Of a stretch of DNA of 64,000 nucleotides, positions 32,302 to 44,791 are shown in pieces. Each line of letters opens with the position of its first letter. The stretch's first letter is position 1. A program made the translations under genes and the position numbers. Below the pieces are notes generated by a model. The model made no database searches and was not told the DNA's origin. It worked only from the letters and a program-made list of their open reading frames with translations. Origin of the DNA: Acidobacteriota bacterium (GTDB lineage: Bacteria; Acidobacteriota; UBA890; WLXD01); NCBI GenBank assembly GCA_963666215.2, contig CAXWPL010000004.1:608001-672000 (forward strand), read 5' to 3'.

Positions 32302-33501
32302 CTAGCTGTGGCGCAGTCGTTCGAAGCAGCGATCGTAGCCGAGAGCAACGGCCGACCATGCGAACCTGGCGCCCGTCCACTGCGCCAGTTCCAGCGCCAA
32401 CGAGCGCGCCGCGCCGCGCTCGGTCAAGGCCCACAGCAGTGCGGCATCGAGCCCCTCGACATCGTCGTAAAGGCAGCGGGCATGGAAGCGGGCCGGCAGC
32501 AACTCCGGATAGCTCAGCCTTCGCGGCAGCACTGGAAATGCCCCAGCGGCGATAGCCTCGACAACGGCAATGCCGAAGAACTCGTGATGCGCGGTCGACG
32601 GCACGACCGCGGCGCGGCGCAGCATACGCCGGTAGGCCGGCAGCTCGAGATGCCCAACATGCACCACGCGCTCACCGAGACGTTCCATCGCCTCGTCGAA
32701 CTCGGGGGAACGTTGCGCGAACTGCTCGCCGCACAGCGCCAGCCGGAACGGCACATCTTGGTCGTGCAACCGGTAGAGCGACGCGAAGAGCTCGCCTGGG
32801 TTCTTGTCGTACTCCCAACGCTGGTTCCACAGGATCAGAGGAGCCAAGGTGCTCGAGTCGGCGACCTCGTCCATGTCGACGCCCGGCCCTGCGGCGCCTG
32901 GCTCGAGCTCGCGGACGCGGCTGGCACCGGCGCCAGGATCGACGTCGATGCCGGGCGGCAGGACCAAGCTCTTGGCCTCGATGTCGGCAACCGAGCCCTG
33001 CTCGCGATACTCGGGAAAGTGACCGAGAAACCCCGGCAGCGCCGCCAGCAGGCTGAGGCGATGAAACTCCGAGTTGAACACCACAGCGTCTGCAGCGAGC
33101 ATCGACGCAACATTGATCATCCCGTAGTGCATGTCGCGACCATCGAGCTCACAGGAGCGCGGTCTCGCTACGGGGCTCTCGGGCAACGGATAGGTGATCT
33201 GGTTCTCGTGCATGTAGAGAACAACCGGGACCCCGGCCAGCTCTTCGCGCAGCAGCGCGAGGAAGGTCGTAACGTCGAGCATGTCGGTCGCCACGACCAG
33301 ATCCGGCGTGGCGGCGGCATCAACCGCGATCGTCGCGCGCAGCCGCCTCGCCAACGTGAGCGCGCCACCATGCATGCGCCATTTCCAGAAGCGGGCCGGC
33401 ATGCTCAGCAGCTCGAGCTGGTGCCGAGAGTGGGCTCGCAGTCCCCGTGCCCACGCAGCATGGCTACCACCGTCGTAAGGCGACGCAACCAAGACGTTCA
33501 T
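32302..33501 (-). CDS. DUF3524 + GT-B glycosyltransferase (GTDC1/QTMAN-like)
   Basis: PYDGGSH, PARFWKWRMHGG, YMHENQITYP, FNSEFH, WNQRWEYDKNP, HEFFGIAVVEA, RLSYPE. Confidence 0.9.
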   Translation of the reverse strand: MNVLVASPYDGGSHAAWARGLRAHSRHQLELLSMPARFWKWRMHGGALTLARRLRATIAVDAAATPDLVVATDMLDVTTFLALLREELAGVPVVLYMHENQITYPLPESPVARPRSCELDGRDMHYGMINVASMLAADAVVFNSEFHRLSLLAALPGFLGHFPEYREQGSVADIEAKSLVLPPGIDVDPGAGASRVRELEPGAAGPGVDMDEVADSSTLAPLILWNQRWEYDKNPGELFASLYRLHDQDVPFRLALCGEQFAQRSPEFDEAMERLGERVVHVGHLELPAYRRMLRRAAVVPSTAHHEFFGIAVVEAIAAGAFPVLPRRLSYPELLPARFHARCLYDDVEGLDAALLWALTERGAARSLALELAQWTGARFAWSAVALGYDRCFERLRHS

Positions 33502-33527
33502 GAGGAATCACCGAAACAGGAGCAACG

Positions 33528-34034
33528 ATGAGCGCTGAACACGATCTCTCGCACGGCCTTCCGAAGGCTCATCCCGGCAAGATCGATTTCGATACTCGAT
33601 GGTTGAGCCTCATCAGCCGCGTCCTGGTGGGCCTGACCTTCGGCATGGCGGGCTACTACAAGGTTTTCGAGCTCGGCGCGATGCAACACGCTGAAGGGCT
33701 CTTCGTCGAGCCCTACGCCGACAGCTGGATCCCGGTCTTCTTGCTGTGGAGCCTCGGCCTGGCGATCCCCTACCTCGAACTGATCGGCGGCTGGCTCCTG
33801 GTTGTCGGCTGGCAGCGCCGATGGGTCGCCGTGGGGTTCGGACTCCTGCTCATGATCGTTACGTACGGCCATCTTCTTGTGGAGCCCTTCTACCATCTGG
33901 GCGACCACGTGCTGCCCCGTCTCATGCTGCTGATTCCGACACTGATGCTGGGCACGAAGCACGACCCCTGGTCGGTGGACGGCTGGCTGGCGAGGCAGAG
34001 TCTTGCGGGCGGGCGAGCAGGCGGGCTCGACTGA
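33528..34034 (+). CDS. DoxX-family membrane protein
   Basis: RVLVG...AGYYK...PYLELIGGWLLVVG...WSVD. Confidence 0.85.
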   Translation: MSAEHDLSHGLPKAHPGKIDFDTRWLSLISRVLVGLTFGMAGYYKVFELGAMQHAEGLFVEPYADSWIPVFLLWSLGLAIPYLELIGGWLLVVGWQRRWVAVGFGLLLMIVTYGHLLVEPFYHLGDHVLPRLMLLIPTLMLGTKHDPWSVDGWLARQSLAGGRAGGLD

Positions 34035-34037
34035 TTC

Positions 34038-35303
34038 TCAGCTGGCGATGTCGCGGACCACGCTGAGGCCGCGGGCACGCGCGATGCGGTCCCCGCCAAC
34101 CCGCCTCGTGACGCTGCAATCGTCCTCGACCTCATAGACGGTACGTGGGCCCGGCTTGATCTGCACCCCGTCCATGACGAACACGCGATCGGAATCGTCG
34201 ATAGCCAATCCAGTGGCAAAGGCGAACGGCTGCGCCTTCACATCGCAGGGCTGGATCAGCTTGACGCCAGACAGAACGTCCAGCTCGCCAACACTGCCGA
34301 ACCAGCGCCGATTGTCGCTGGCGATGTCGAACGCGGTGGCGACCAGGCCCGGCTTGCGGAAGATGATCTTGCCGATCTGTTGCGTAGCGCCTGAGAGCCG
34401 AAAAACCATGTCGTAGCGCTCTTCGAGGAGCAAGGTGATCTTCGGGCCCGCGTCGCCATCCACGACATAGATTCGACCGATCTTGTCTCGCGCAAGCAGC
34501 TTGGGGTTGCTGAACTTGCGCCGCGATCCGAGTCTCGAGAACGTCGCCGACTCGAGATCATAGCGCCACACCCGGCCGTCGCGCGGCAGTTGCTGCCCTA
34601 TCTCGTGGCCCATATCGGCAATCACGAGGCCCCCGGCGCCGTCGAACAGCACGTCGTTGACGAACCCGAACGGCGCCTCGATCTCTGGATCGGTGCCGGT
34701 CAACACCGTGACTTCGCCGGTGACCGAATCGTACAGAATGACCTGCGACACGGCCGCGATCGCCACCAGGTGCCGGGAGCTGTCGATGTCGACGCCACGG
34801 CCAACGTAGGGCTTTCCAAGCGGAACACGTTTCACCTGCGTATTGGTTTCCTTGACGAAGCGCACCTGCAACGCGGTGGAGTTCTTTTCGCTCGCGGTAA
34901 CAAGATTCCCGGGCTCGAAGCTCAGCGTGCGCGCCGACTGCGCCACGCTCACCAGGCCGGGGTCACCGTGGCCGGAGACGCCGTACAAGCCCGGCACCAC
35001 GGGCGCGCCCGCGAGCAACGAAGCGGGCCGACGAGGCTCCAGAGGCAGGCGGGTTCTGGCCTCGGCCGCCACGCGGGCTTCGGCGGCCTCTCGAGTCACC
35101 TCCAGGCGTCGCGCCGTATCCGACGTGCGTGCGGCCTGCGCCCGCGGTGAGCGGCGGCTCGAGACGTGCGGTCGAGCTGGGCCGACCCAGGGTGAAGCGT
35201 GAGTCCCCGCGGCCAACGTCGCAAGTGCCACGGCGGCCACTCCGAGGAGAGGTCGAGAGAACCAACGATAGGGACGACTCGGAGGCGAGCTTTCAACACA
35301 CAT
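34038..35303 (-). CDS. Secreted beta-propeller (SMP-30/NHL-like) hypothetical protein
   Basis: Signal-like hydrophobic segment; blades such as NDVLFDGAGGLVIAD, GRIYVVD, TGLAIDDSDRVFVMD. Confidence 0.7.
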   Translation of the reverse strand: MCVESSPPSRPYRWFSRPLLGVAAVALATLAAGTHASPWVGPARPHVSSRRSPRAQAARTSDTARRLEVTREAAEARVAAEARTRLPLEPRRPASLLAGAPVVPGLYGVSGHGDPGLVSVAQSARTLSFEPGNLVTASEKNSTALQVRFVKETNTQVKRVPLGKPYVGRGVDIDSSRHLVAIAAVSQVILYDSVTGEVTVLTGTDPEIEAPFGFVNDVLFDGAGGLVIADMGHEIGQQLPRDGRVWRYDLESATFSRLGSRRKFSNPKLLARDKIGRIYVVDGDAGPKITLLLEERYDMVFRLSGATQQIGKIIFRKPGLVATAFDIASDNRRWFGSVGELDVLSGVKLIQPCDVKAQPFAFATGLAIDDSDRVFVMDGVQIKPGPRTVYEVEDDCSVTRRVGGDRIARARGLSVVRDIAS

Positions 35304-35312
35304 GGCGGCCGG

Positions 35313-35321
35313 ATTATAGCA
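35313..35321 (-). promoter_or_regulatory. Extended -10 promoter (TGnTATAAT), near-leaderless
   Basis: Minus strand reads TGCTATAAT ending about 10 nt before the ATG at 35303. Confidence 0.55.
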
Positions 35322-35400
35322 ACGTGTCGACGAGGTTCGCGCCCCGTGCTCGGTATCGATCGGGCGGCCGCTGCGAGCCCCGCGCGCGTCCCCGAGACAT

Positions 35401-35429
35401 TTGACGCTCCGTGGACCCGGGCCTACGAT
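35401..35429 (+). promoter_or_regulatory. Sigma70 promoter for the tRNA-tig operon
   Basis: TTGACG-N17-TACGAT. Confidence 0.65.
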
Positions 35430-35507
35430 GTGCCCTCCTCTCGTCGCGAATCGCTTGGCTCCCGAGCTCACGCCGCCAGGTGGGTCTCCGTCGGAGCGGC
35501 GACAGGG

Positions 35508-35582
35508 GCGCCCGTAGCTCAGCACGGATAGAGCGTCGCACTCCGGATGCGAAGGCCGCAGGTTCGAATCCTGCCGGGCGCA
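35508..35582 (+). tRNA. tRNA-Arg (CCG)
   Basis: Acceptor GCGCCCG/CGGGCGC, anticodon arm TCGCA-CTCCGGA-TGCGA, T-loop TTCGAAT. Confidence 0.96.
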
Positions 35583-35650
35583 CCTCCTAGAACCTCGTTT
35601 GCTAAGCTAGCGAGCTTCGTGGACGGCGGGCCCACGCTCGTCGTCCCAGT

Positions 35651-35723
35651 GGGCCGCTAGCTCAATTGGCAGAGCAACGGACTCTTAATCCGTAGGTTCT
35701 AGGTTCGATCCCTAGGCGGCTCA
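35651..35723 (+). tRNA. tRNA-Lys (CTT)
   Basis: GGGCCGC/GCGGCTC, ACGGA-CTCTTAA-TCCGT, TTCGATC. Confidence 0.96.
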
Positions 35724-35739
35724 CTTTCCTGGCCGTGGC

Positions 35740-35822
35740 GCGAAAGTGGCGGAATTGGCAGACGCGCTGGCCTTAGGAGCCAGTGGGCTTAGCCCGTGGG
35801 GGTTCGAGTCCCCCCTTTCGCA
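35740..35822 (+). tRNA. tRNA-Leu (TAG)
   Basis: GCGAAAG/CTTTCGC, CTGGC-CTTAGGA-GCCAG, long variable arm GGGC-TTA-GCCC, TTCGAGT. Confidence 0.96.
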
Positions 35823-35893
35823 CTGCAGTCGCACGTTCTGGAACATACCTGTGTGCTCCAGCTCGTGGCGGCTCTCGAAGCGCCGGACCTTCT

Positions 35894-37315
35894 ATGTCAT
35901 CCGATTCCGATAGCAATCCCGGCACCCCGGTCGATCACGACCACGACCACGATGACGATGACGATCACGATGACGCCAGTGGGCCCGAGTACGACTCGAC
36001 CCACGAGCGGGAAGGCGTAAACCACAAGATCGAGATCGTCGTTCCGGCTGAGTGGATGTCGGACGAGTACGACGGCGTCGCCCATGCCTACCGTGGCCGC
36101 ATTCGCTTGCCAGGCTTTCGCAAGGGCAAGGCACCGCTCACCATGGTGCGCCAGCAGTTCGGCGACCAAATCCGCAAACACCTGCTCGACCACGTAATCC
36201 CGGAGTTTCTGTCTCGCGACCTGCGGACACGCGAGCTGCAACCGATTGAATCTCCGAGCCTCGACCAGGTTGAATTCCAGCCGCGTAGCGAGCTGCGGTT
36301 CTCGGTGCGCTTCGATACAGCGCCCGAAGTTCAGGCAACAAACACCGATAGGCTCACCGCAACCGTCGAAATAGCCGCGGTCACCGACGAAGCCGTCGAC
36401 GCTGCGCTCGAGCAGATCCGCGAACGCGCGGCGCGCCTCGTTCCCGCCGACGACGGCTCGACCATCACCGAGGGTTCGTTCGTTCGCTGCGAGATCGCGC
36501 TGTTTCCACGCGAGGGCAAAGGCAAGCGACTCGCGGAGGAGGATCGCTTCGTTCGAGTGGGCGAGGAGACGGCGATTCCCAGCCTCAACGCTCAGCTCGA
36601 CGGGCTGAGAGTGGACGACGAACGGACGTTCATCGCGGAGCTCGGCCAGGAGTATCCGAACGCCATCTTGGCTGGCAAGGAAGTCAGCTGCCGCGTTCGA
36701 GTGCGCGAGATCAAACATCGCCAGGTGCCGACGCTGAACGACGAGTTCGCCAAGGATCTCGGGGTCGAAGACCTGGCCACGGTGAGAGCCCGAATCACCG
36801 AGGACCTCGAGAGAGAGCAGCACGACCGCGCCGAGCGCGGCGTCGAAGAACAGTTGCTGGAGCAGATGCGGGATCGCCACCCGATCGACGTGCCCGGCTC
36901 GCTCATCGAACGACGTCTCGATCAGATGACGCAGCGCCTTGCCACCGAGATCGCCCAGCAGAGTATCGACCCCGCCGAAGCTCTCGACTGGCGCGGCTTC
37001 CGCGCCGAAAACCGCGTCGCAGCAGAGCGCTCGATTGCCGAGGAACTGCTTCTCGATCGACTCTGCGAAGACGAGGGGCTCGTGGTGTCGGATGATGACC
37101 TCGACAGTAAGGTGGAGACCCAGCTCCGGGCCAGCGAGGGTGGAAAAACGCGGCCTCTGAGTGCCGTCCTTCAACAGATGCGGAAGGATGGGTCCTACGA
37201 GACCATGCGGCGCACGCTGATGCGCCGTTTGGCTTTGGATCGTCTCAAACACCATGCTACGATCGAGCGCATTGGCGGCGATCGTATCGCCCGCGCCGGA
37301 GGGTCTTCGGACTGA
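35894..37315 (+). CDS. tig: Trigger factor
   Basis: LPGFRKGKAP ribosome-binding motif, LAGKEV, LNDEFAKDLG; upstream of clpP. Confidence 0.93.
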   Translation: MSSDSDSNPGTPVDHDHDHDDDDDHDDASGPEYDSTHEREGVNHKIEIVVPAEWMSDEYDGVAHAYRGRIRLPGFRKGKAPLTMVRQQFGDQIRKHLLDHVIPEFLSRDLRTRELQPIESPSLDQVEFQPRSELRFSVRFDTAPEVQATNTDRLTATVEIAAVTDEAVDAALEQIRERAARLVPADDGSTITEGSFVRCEIALFPREGKGKRLAEEDRFVRVGEETAIPSLNAQLDGLRVDDERTFIAELGQEYPNAILAGKEVSCRVRVREIKHRQVPTLNDEFAKDLGVEDLATVRARITEDLEREQHDRAERGVEEQLLEQMRDRHPIDVPGSLIERRLDQMTQRLATEIAQQSIDPAEALDWRGFRAENRVAAERSIAEELLLDRLCEDEGLVVSDDDLDSKVETQLRASEGGKTRPLSAVLQQMRKDGSYETMRRTLMRRLALDRLKHHATIERIGGDRIARAGGSSD

Positions 37316-37427
37316 ACGCCGGGCTCGCGACGCCGCTCTTTTTGCTGGTTGACCCTCCGCAGCGAGCTGTTCCATCAGCTCGTTACCGGGTTCTAAAACG
37401 CCGCGAAGGCATCATCGGGAGACGAAC

Positions 37428-38027
37428 ATGGCCCTCGTTCCCATGGTGGTCGAGCAGACTGCTCGAGGTGAGCGCGCCTACGACATCTACTCGAGGCTGC
37501 TCAAAGACCACATCATCTTCGTCGGCTCGCCAATCGACGACACGATGTCCAGCCTGGTCATCGCCCAGCTGCTCTTCCTGGAGTCCGAGGATCCGGAGCG
37601 CGACGTCTCGATCTACATCAATAGCCCGGGCGGCTCGGTAAGCGACGGTCTCGCGATCCTCGACACCATGACGTTCATCCGTCCCGACGTGTCGACGATT
37701 TGCATCGGACAGGCGATGAGCATGAGTGCGGTGCTGCTCGCCGGTGGTACCCCCGGCAAGCGCTTCTCGCTGCCGAACTCGCGCATCATGATCCACCAGC
37801 CCTCGGGCGGAATGCAGGGCACCGCGGCCGACATCGAGATCCACGCTAAAGAGATTCTGCGAATTCGCGAGCGCCTCAACGAGATGCTCGCCGGCTTCAC
37901 TGGCAAGTCGTACGACGAAGTGGCGTCCGACTCGGACCGCGACTTCGTGCTCACAGCCGACGACGCGGTGGAGTACGGCCTCATCGATCGTGTTATCCAG
38001 CGGCGTCAGAACGACATCACGGGGTGA
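37428..38027 (+). CDS. clpP: ATP-dependent Clp protease proteolytic subunit
   Basis: [21 protein letters not shown] (Ser), MIHQP (His), DRD. Confidence 0.98.
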   Translation: MALVPMVVEQTARGERAYDIYSRLLKDHIIFVGSPIDDTMSSLVIAQLLFLESEDPERDVSIYINSPGGSVSDGLAILDTMTFIRPDVSTICIGQAMSMSAVLLAGGTPGKRFSLPNSRIMIHQPSGGMQGTAADIEIHAKEILRIRERLNEMLAGFTGKSYDEVASDSDRDFVLTADDAVEYGLIDRVIQRRQNDITG

Positions 38028-38135
38028 TGAGGACGACGGACGTGTCGAACGAGCTGACCATGCGCGTTATCCTGAAGGGGAGTTCTCTGACGACCCCGCC
38101 GGGAACTTCGTCCACGACAAGATTCAAGGACTGAG

Positions 38136-39377
<1,242 letters not shown>

Positions 39378-39626
39378 TCGCGGGCCAAGTCTCCAGAGGG
39401 CTCCGCCGCGCCGGCTGGCATATCCCATCCGCGGCAACGCAACAGTGTGAATGATTGCGCAACGCGCGCTGCGGGCGGGCGACCGAAGGATTTGCGGGCG
39501 CGCTAAGCCTGCGTGTACCCTTCTCTGTAGCAGCCCCCCAGCCCCTCCTTTCGATTTTCTGTCTCGTCGCGCGAGCGTCAGAGCCCCTCCAAGCTCCGGC
39601 GCGGATCGACGGTCGACTCGGTGACC

Positions 39627-42386
39627 ATGTCGAAATCCACTGGCGAGTACCGAACGCTCCCGCTGCTACCGCTGCGGGACGTGGTGATCTTCCCCGGCAT
39701 GATGATGCCGTTCGTCGTGGGACGGGAGCGCTCCGTCAAGGCGCTCGAGCGCGCGATGGAGAACGGCAAGAAGCTTTTCTTGTCGGCTCAGCGCGACGCC
39801 GAGGTCGAGGATCCAAATATCGAGCAGATCTTCACGCTCGGCACCATTTCGACGATCGTGCAGAGCCTGAAGCGTCCCGACGGCACGGTGAAGGTGCTCG
39901 TCGAGGGCTCGCGCCGAGCGCGCATTGTAGAGACCACCGATGAGAGCGGCTTCCTGGAGGTTGTGGTCCGCCCGGTGGAGCAATCGGAGGAGGGCGAGGC
40001 AGGCGATCTGTCAAACACCACCCGCAAGCTCGTCCGCCTGTTCGAGAAGTACGTCAAGCTGGCGTCGAACCTGCCCAACGAAGCCGTACTGGCCGCCGTC
40101 AAGAAAGACGACCCCGGTCGCCTCGGAGACACGATCGCCGCTCACCTGCCTCTGGGCGTACCCGCCAAGCAGGAGCTACTCGAGATCGTCGACGTAGCCG
40201 AGCGGCTCGAGAAGCTGATCATTTTGATCTCCGACGAGATGGACAAGGCGCGCGTCGATCGGAAGATTCAGGGCCAGGTCAAGAAGCAGATGGAGCAGGC
40301 CCAGCGCGAGTACTACCTCAACGAGAAGATCAAGGCGATCCAGAAGGAGCTTGGCCGAGGAGAGGGGCGTGAGTCGGAGATCGAACAACTCCGAACACGC
40401 ATCGCGGCGGCACGCATGCCGAAGCTCGTGCTCGAGAAGGCAGAGCAGGATCTCGACCGCCTCGAAGCCATGCCGCCGATGTCAGCCGAAGCCACGGTCT
40501 CGCGCAGCTACGTGGACTGGTTGGCCTCCGTGCCGTGGTTCCGGCGCAACCGTGAGAACCGCGACCTCGCGAGCGCTGCCGACATCCTGCGCGAAGACCA
40601 TCACGGGCTCGACGACATCAAGGAGCGGATCCTCGAGTTTCTGGCCGTGCGACAACTCGTCGACAGCCCGCGTGGATCGATCCTCTGTTTCGCGGGTGCG
40701 CCAGGCACCGGCAAGTCGTCGCTGGGTCGATCGATCGCCCGCGCGACGGAACGCGAGTTCGTGCGCTTGTCGCTTGGCGGCGTTCGTGACGAAGCCGAGA
40801 TTCGCGGCCATCGCCGCACCTACATCGGGGCATTCCCGGGCCAGATCATGCAGCGCATGAAGCACGCCGGTGTGGTTAACCCGGTGTTCCTGCTCGACGA
40901 AATCGACAAGATGAGCGCCGACTTCCGGGGCGACCCGTCGGCGGCGTTGATGGAGGTGCTCGATCCGGAACAGAACCATTCCTTCGTCGACCACTACCTC
41001 GACGCCGAGTACGACCTGTCGAACGTGATGTTCATCTGTACCGCGAACGTCCTGCACACCATTCCGGCGCCGCTGCAGGACCGCATGGAGATCATCCAGC
41101 TGTCCGGCTACACCCACGCCGAGAAGATGGAGATCGCGCGGCGACACCTGCTGCCCCGCCAGATCTCTTTTCACGGTTTGCGCCCCGAGAACCTCGAGGT
41201 GCAACCCGACGCTATCGATCGGCTGATCGAGGAGTACACGCGCGAGGCTGGTGTTCGCAGGCTCGAGCTCGAGCTCGCCAAGGTTTGCCGCAAGGCGGCG
41301 CATGGGCTGGTTCAGGAACACTACAAGGTCATCGCCGAGGCCGCCGAGGCCGAAGAGCGTCGGCGGTCGGAAGAGCTGATCGAAGCGGCCAGGTCTGCTC
41401 GGCAGCATGCCGAGAACGTGGCCGGCGACGGCGGCGAAGCCGACAGTGGCGCCGAGCCCGCGGCAGCCGGAGCCGACGATGGAGCCCGGGCAGACGCCGA
41501 GCTCAAAGTCGATGGTGCCAACGGCGCGTCAAGCCCGGCGACGGCGACCAGCGACGAAGCCGACGGTGCGGATACACCGAACGACGCCGAATTCGAGGAC
41601 ATCTTTGTTGAGGCGCGCGACCCCAACCATCACGCACTGCCACAGCGATCGGCGGCGGCCGAGGCACTTCCCGCTGACGCCAAGATCGTCGTCGATGCAG
41701 ATCTCCTCGAGCAGTACCTCGGCGTGCCGCGATACAAGCGACGGAAGAAAGAAAAGAAGGCCGAGGTGGGCGTTGCGCAGGGCCTTGCGTGGACCGAGCG
41801 CGGCGGCGAGACGCTGAACATCGAGACCACGCTGATGCCCGGCAAGGGCAAGCTCGCCCTCACCGGCAAGCTTGGCGAAGTGATGCAGGAGTCTGGCCAA
41901 GCGGCCCTATCGTACGTACGCTCGAACGCCGCCAAGCTCGGCATCCCGAAGGACTTCTACACCAGCGTCGATGTGCACGTGCACGTGCCGGAGGGAGCAA
42001 TCCCCAAGGACGGACCGTCGGCCGGAATCACCCTGGCAGCGACGATTGTCTCGGCGCTCACCGGAATCGCGATTCACGACGACCTCGCGATGACCGGCGA
42101 GATCACCCTGCGTGGCAACGTGTTGCCCATCGGCGGCGTCAAGGAGAAGGTACTGGCAGCGCACCGCATCGGACTCAAGACGGTGCTGCTGCCGAGCGAG
42201 AACGAGAAGGACCTGAGAGACATTCCCGAGGAGATCGCGTCGCAGCTCAAGATCCACCTCGTAGCAACCATGGACGAGGTGCTCCAGCACGCGCTCGTTG
42301 CTCCACTGAAACCTCTCTCCGGGCCGCAAGGGCCTATTCCGCCGGCTGGCTCCGGAGAAGCGATCGAGCGATCGATCACGCACTAG
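39627..42386 (+). CDS. lon: Lon protease (LonA) with long insertion
   Basis: [48 protein letters not shown]. Confidence 0.97.
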   Translation: MSKSTGEYRTLPLLPLRDVVIFPGMMMPFVVGRERSVKALERAMENGKKLFLSAQRDAEVEDPNIEQIFTLGTISTIVQSLKRPDGTVKVLVEGSRRARIVETTDESGFLEVVVRPVEQSEEGEAGDLSNTTRKLVRLFEKYVKLASNLPNEAVLAAVKKDDPGRLGDTIAAHLPLGVPAKQELLEIVDVAERLEKLIILISDEMDKARVDRKIQGQVKKQMEQAQREYYLNEKIKAIQKELGRGEGRESEIEQLRTRIAAARMPKLVLEKAEQDLDRLEAMPPMSAEATVSRSYVDWLASVPWFRRNRENRDLASAADILREDHHGLDDIKERILEFLAVRQLVDSPRGSILCFAGAPGTGKSSLGRSIARATEREFVRLSLGGVRDEAEIRGHRRTYIGAFPGQIMQRMKHAGVVNPVFLLDEIDKMSADFRGDPSAALMEVLDPEQNHSFVDHYLDAEYDLSNVMFICTANVLHTIPAPLQDRMEIIQLSGYTHAEKMEIARRHLLPRQISFHGLRPENLEVQPDAIDRLIEEYTREAGVRRLELELAKVCRKAAHGLVQEHYKVIAEAAEAEERRRSEELIEAARSARQHAENVAGDGGEADSGAEPAAAGADDGARADAELKVDGANGASSPATATSDEADGADTPNDAEFEDIFVEARDPNHHALPQRSAAAEALPADAKIVVDADLLEQYLGVPRYKRRKKEKKAEVGVAQGLAWTERGGETLNIETTLMPGKGKLALTGKLGEVMQESGQAALSYVRSNAAKLGIPKDFYTSVDVHVHVPEGAIPKDGPSAGITLAATIVSALTGIAIHDDLAMTGEITLRGNVLPIGGVKEKVLAAHRIGLKTVLLPSENEKDLRDIPEEIASQLKIHLVATMDEVLQHALVAPLKPLSGPQGPIPPAGSGEAIERSITH

Positions 42387-42552
42387 TCGGACCTTTCACC
42401 GTCCGCTAGCAGAACGGCTGAATAGCTGAACAAGGCAGACCTCGGGCGAGCACGTTCGAGGACGACGCAGCCGCCACACGCTCCCGTTCCTCCACGCTCG
42501 TGGACAACGCGGAACGTAACGGCGACCCGAGAATAGCCGCCCCTCCGCCGCC

Positions 42553-43242
42553 ATGAAGATTCACGACGCCCAGCACGGCTACATCACCGCCCGACCTGGC
42601 GACTATCCCCCGCTGGAGCTGCCGGAGTGCGCTTTCCTGGGTCGGTCGAACGTTGGCAAGTCGAGCCTGATCAACTCGCTGGTAGGCCGTCGCAAGCTGG
42701 CCCGAACAAGTAAGGCGCCGGGGAGAACACGAGCCGTGCACTGGTACAACATCGCTCGATCTTCTCATTCCTGTTGTTTTGTAGACCTTCCAGGCTATGG
42801 CTACGCCAAGGTCTCGCGTCGAATCCGCGAAGAGGAATGGGCCAAGCTCATCGAAGGCTATCTGCAGTCCGGGCGCCCGCGACTTGCCGTTCAGTTGCTG
42901 GACATCCGCCTCGACAAGCCCACCGTTCTCGACCTTCAGATGATTGAGTGGCTGCGCGCTAACAACCTGCCAACCGTCTTCGTTCTCACCAAGGCCGACA
43001 AGCTCGCGCGTGGTCGACGCGCGGCGGCGAAACAACGATTCTCCAGGCTCCTCGAAATCGGCCGCGAGGATGCGGCCACTCGAAGCGTTGTGGTGGCGTA
43101 TTCGGCCATCACCGGAGACGGCAAGGCAGATCTGTGGTCGGAGATCGACCGTACCGCCTGCCAGCCGACCAACGACGCAGCGCGTATTGCAACCTCGAAG
43201 CAATCGGATACACAGACGCGCGAAGTGGCCGATGCCAACTAA
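42553..43242 (+). CDS. engB: GTP-binding protein EngB/YihA
   Basis: [29 protein letters not shown]. Confidence 0.96.
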   Translation: MKIHDAQHGYITARPGDYPPLELPECAFLGRSNVGKSSLINSLVGRRKLARTSKAPGRTRAVHWYNIARSSHSCCFVDLPGYGYAKVSRRIREEEWAKLIEGYLQSGRPRLAVQLLDIRLDKPTVLDLQMIEWLRANNLPTVFVLTKADKLARGRRAAAKQRFSRLLEIGREDAATRSVVVAYSAITGDGKADLWSEIDRTACQPTNDAARIATSKQSDTQTREVADAN

Positions 43243-44728
43243 AACAGGCGCGAAAACAGGCGATCTCGAGATTGTCGAGATTGAGCACATTCCGGACGCC
43301 ACGGAGGCGACTGCGGCCACCGAAGCGACCCGCAGTGAGCCGGAAGCGACACCTGCCGCACCGGCCTTCTCTTGGACCGAAGAAGCGCCCGCGGCGCCCG
43401 CTGCACCCACGCTAACGTTGGCCGATCTGCGGCCGCTGACGCTGACCGAGCTTGTTTCCTTGGCGAATGAGCGTCGGATTCGTAACGCGGGCACCATGCA
43501 CCGTCGCGGCCTGACCTTCGAAATTCTGAAAGCGGAGGGCAGCAGGATCCCGACGCACGGGGTGTTGACGGTCTTGCCAGACGGCTTCGGCTTTCTGCGT
43601 GGTCCGGAAACCAGCTATCTGGCGGGCCCCGACGACATCTACGTGTCGCCGTCACTCATCCGTCGACTCGATTTGCGTACCGGTGACACGCTGGTCGGGT
43701 CGCTGCGCGGGCCGCGCGACGGCGAACGGTATTTCGCTTTGGCCGAGCTCGAATCGGTGAACCACCGCGCGCCTGAGAAGGTCGAACGCCGCTCCTTCTA
43801 CAAGGACCTGACGCCCTTGCACCCGCACGAGCGCTTTGTCCTGGAGGCCCCGCAGCTGCGCGAAAGGGGACCGGAGCCTGAACCGGGCGAGCTGGTGAAT
43901 ATGGCGATCAACGCCGGCATCTCCACGCGACTCCTCGATATGCTCTGCCCGCTCGGCAAGGGTCAACGAGCACTCATCGTGTCGCCACCGCGCGCCGGCA
44001 AGACCGTGCTGATGAGGGAGATCGCGGAATCGATTGTCGCCAACCATCCCGAGACCATCCTCATCATGCTGCTCATCGACGAGCGCCCGGAGGAGGTCAC
44101 CGAGATGATCGAGGCGCTCGAAGCGCTCGGGGGAAAGAGCGAAGTCGTCTCCTCCACTTTCGACGAGCCGGCCAAGCGTCACGTGCAGGTTGCCGAGATG
44201 ATCACCGCCAAGGCCCTGCGACTGGCCGAAGAGGGCCAGGACGTGGTGATCATGCTCGACTCGATCACCCGGCTGGCGCGCGCGTACAACACCGTGAGTC
44301 CTTCGACCGGCCGTGTGATGTCGGGTGGGATCGAGTCGTCCGCCCTGCAGAAGCCCAAGCGATTCTTCGGCGCCGCGCGCAACCTCGAAGAGGGTGGCAG
44401 CCTGACGATCATCGCCACCGCGCTCATCGAAACCGGTAGCCGAGCCGACGAGGTGATCTTCGAGGAATTCAAGGGCACCGGGAACGCGGAGATCGTCCTC
44501 AACCGCAAGCTCGCTGACCGCCGCGTGTGGCCAGCCATCGATATCAACAAGTCGGGCACTCGCAAAGAGGAGCTGTTGATCGATCGCGACACGCTCAACC
44601 GCGTCTGGATTCTGCGCAAGGTCCTCCAGCCACTGGGCCCCGAGGAAGCCATCGAGCTGATCATCGACCGGGTGGGGAAGACTGCCCTCAACCGCGATTT
44701 CCTGGAGTCGATGAGCACTGCCGAATAG
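43232..44728 (+). CDS. rho: Transcription termination factor Rho
   Basis: [50 protein letters not shown]. Confidence 0.97.
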   Translation: MPTKTGAKTGDLEIVEIEHIPDATEATAATEATRSEPEATPAAPAFSWTEEAPAAPAAPTLTLADLRPLTLTELVSLANERRIRNAGTMHRRGLTFEILKAEGSRIPTHGVLTVLPDGFGFLRGPETSYLAGPDDIYVSPSLIRRLDLRTGDTLVGSLRGPRDGERYFALAELESVNHRAPEKVERRSFYKDLTPLHPHERFVLEAPQLRERGPEPEPGELVNMAINAGISTRLLDMLCPLGKGQRALIVSPPRAGKTVLMREIAESIVANHPETILIMLLIDERPEEVTEMIEALEALGGKSEVVSSTFDEPAKRHVQVAEMITAKALRLAEEGQDVVIMLDSITRLARAYNTVSPSTGRVMSGGIESSALQKPKRFFGAARNLEEGGSLTIIATALIETGSRADEVIFEEFKGTGNAEIVLNRKLADRRVWPAIDINKSGTRKEELLIDRDTLNRVWILRKVLQPLGPEEAIELIIDRVGKTALNRDFLESMSTAE

Positions 44729-44791
44729 GTTGCGATAACCTCAGCCGGCAGCCCTCAAGCTTAGAGAGACAATACGTTCGAAGAGGTCGAA

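Noticed and set aside
35508-35822. tRNA cluster as a prophage or island integration site
   Set aside because: No integrase nearby and I saw no duplicated tRNA 3' end in the window.
41320-41685. Intein in Lon
   Set aside because: No splice-junction residues or endonuclease motifs; low-complexity sequence.
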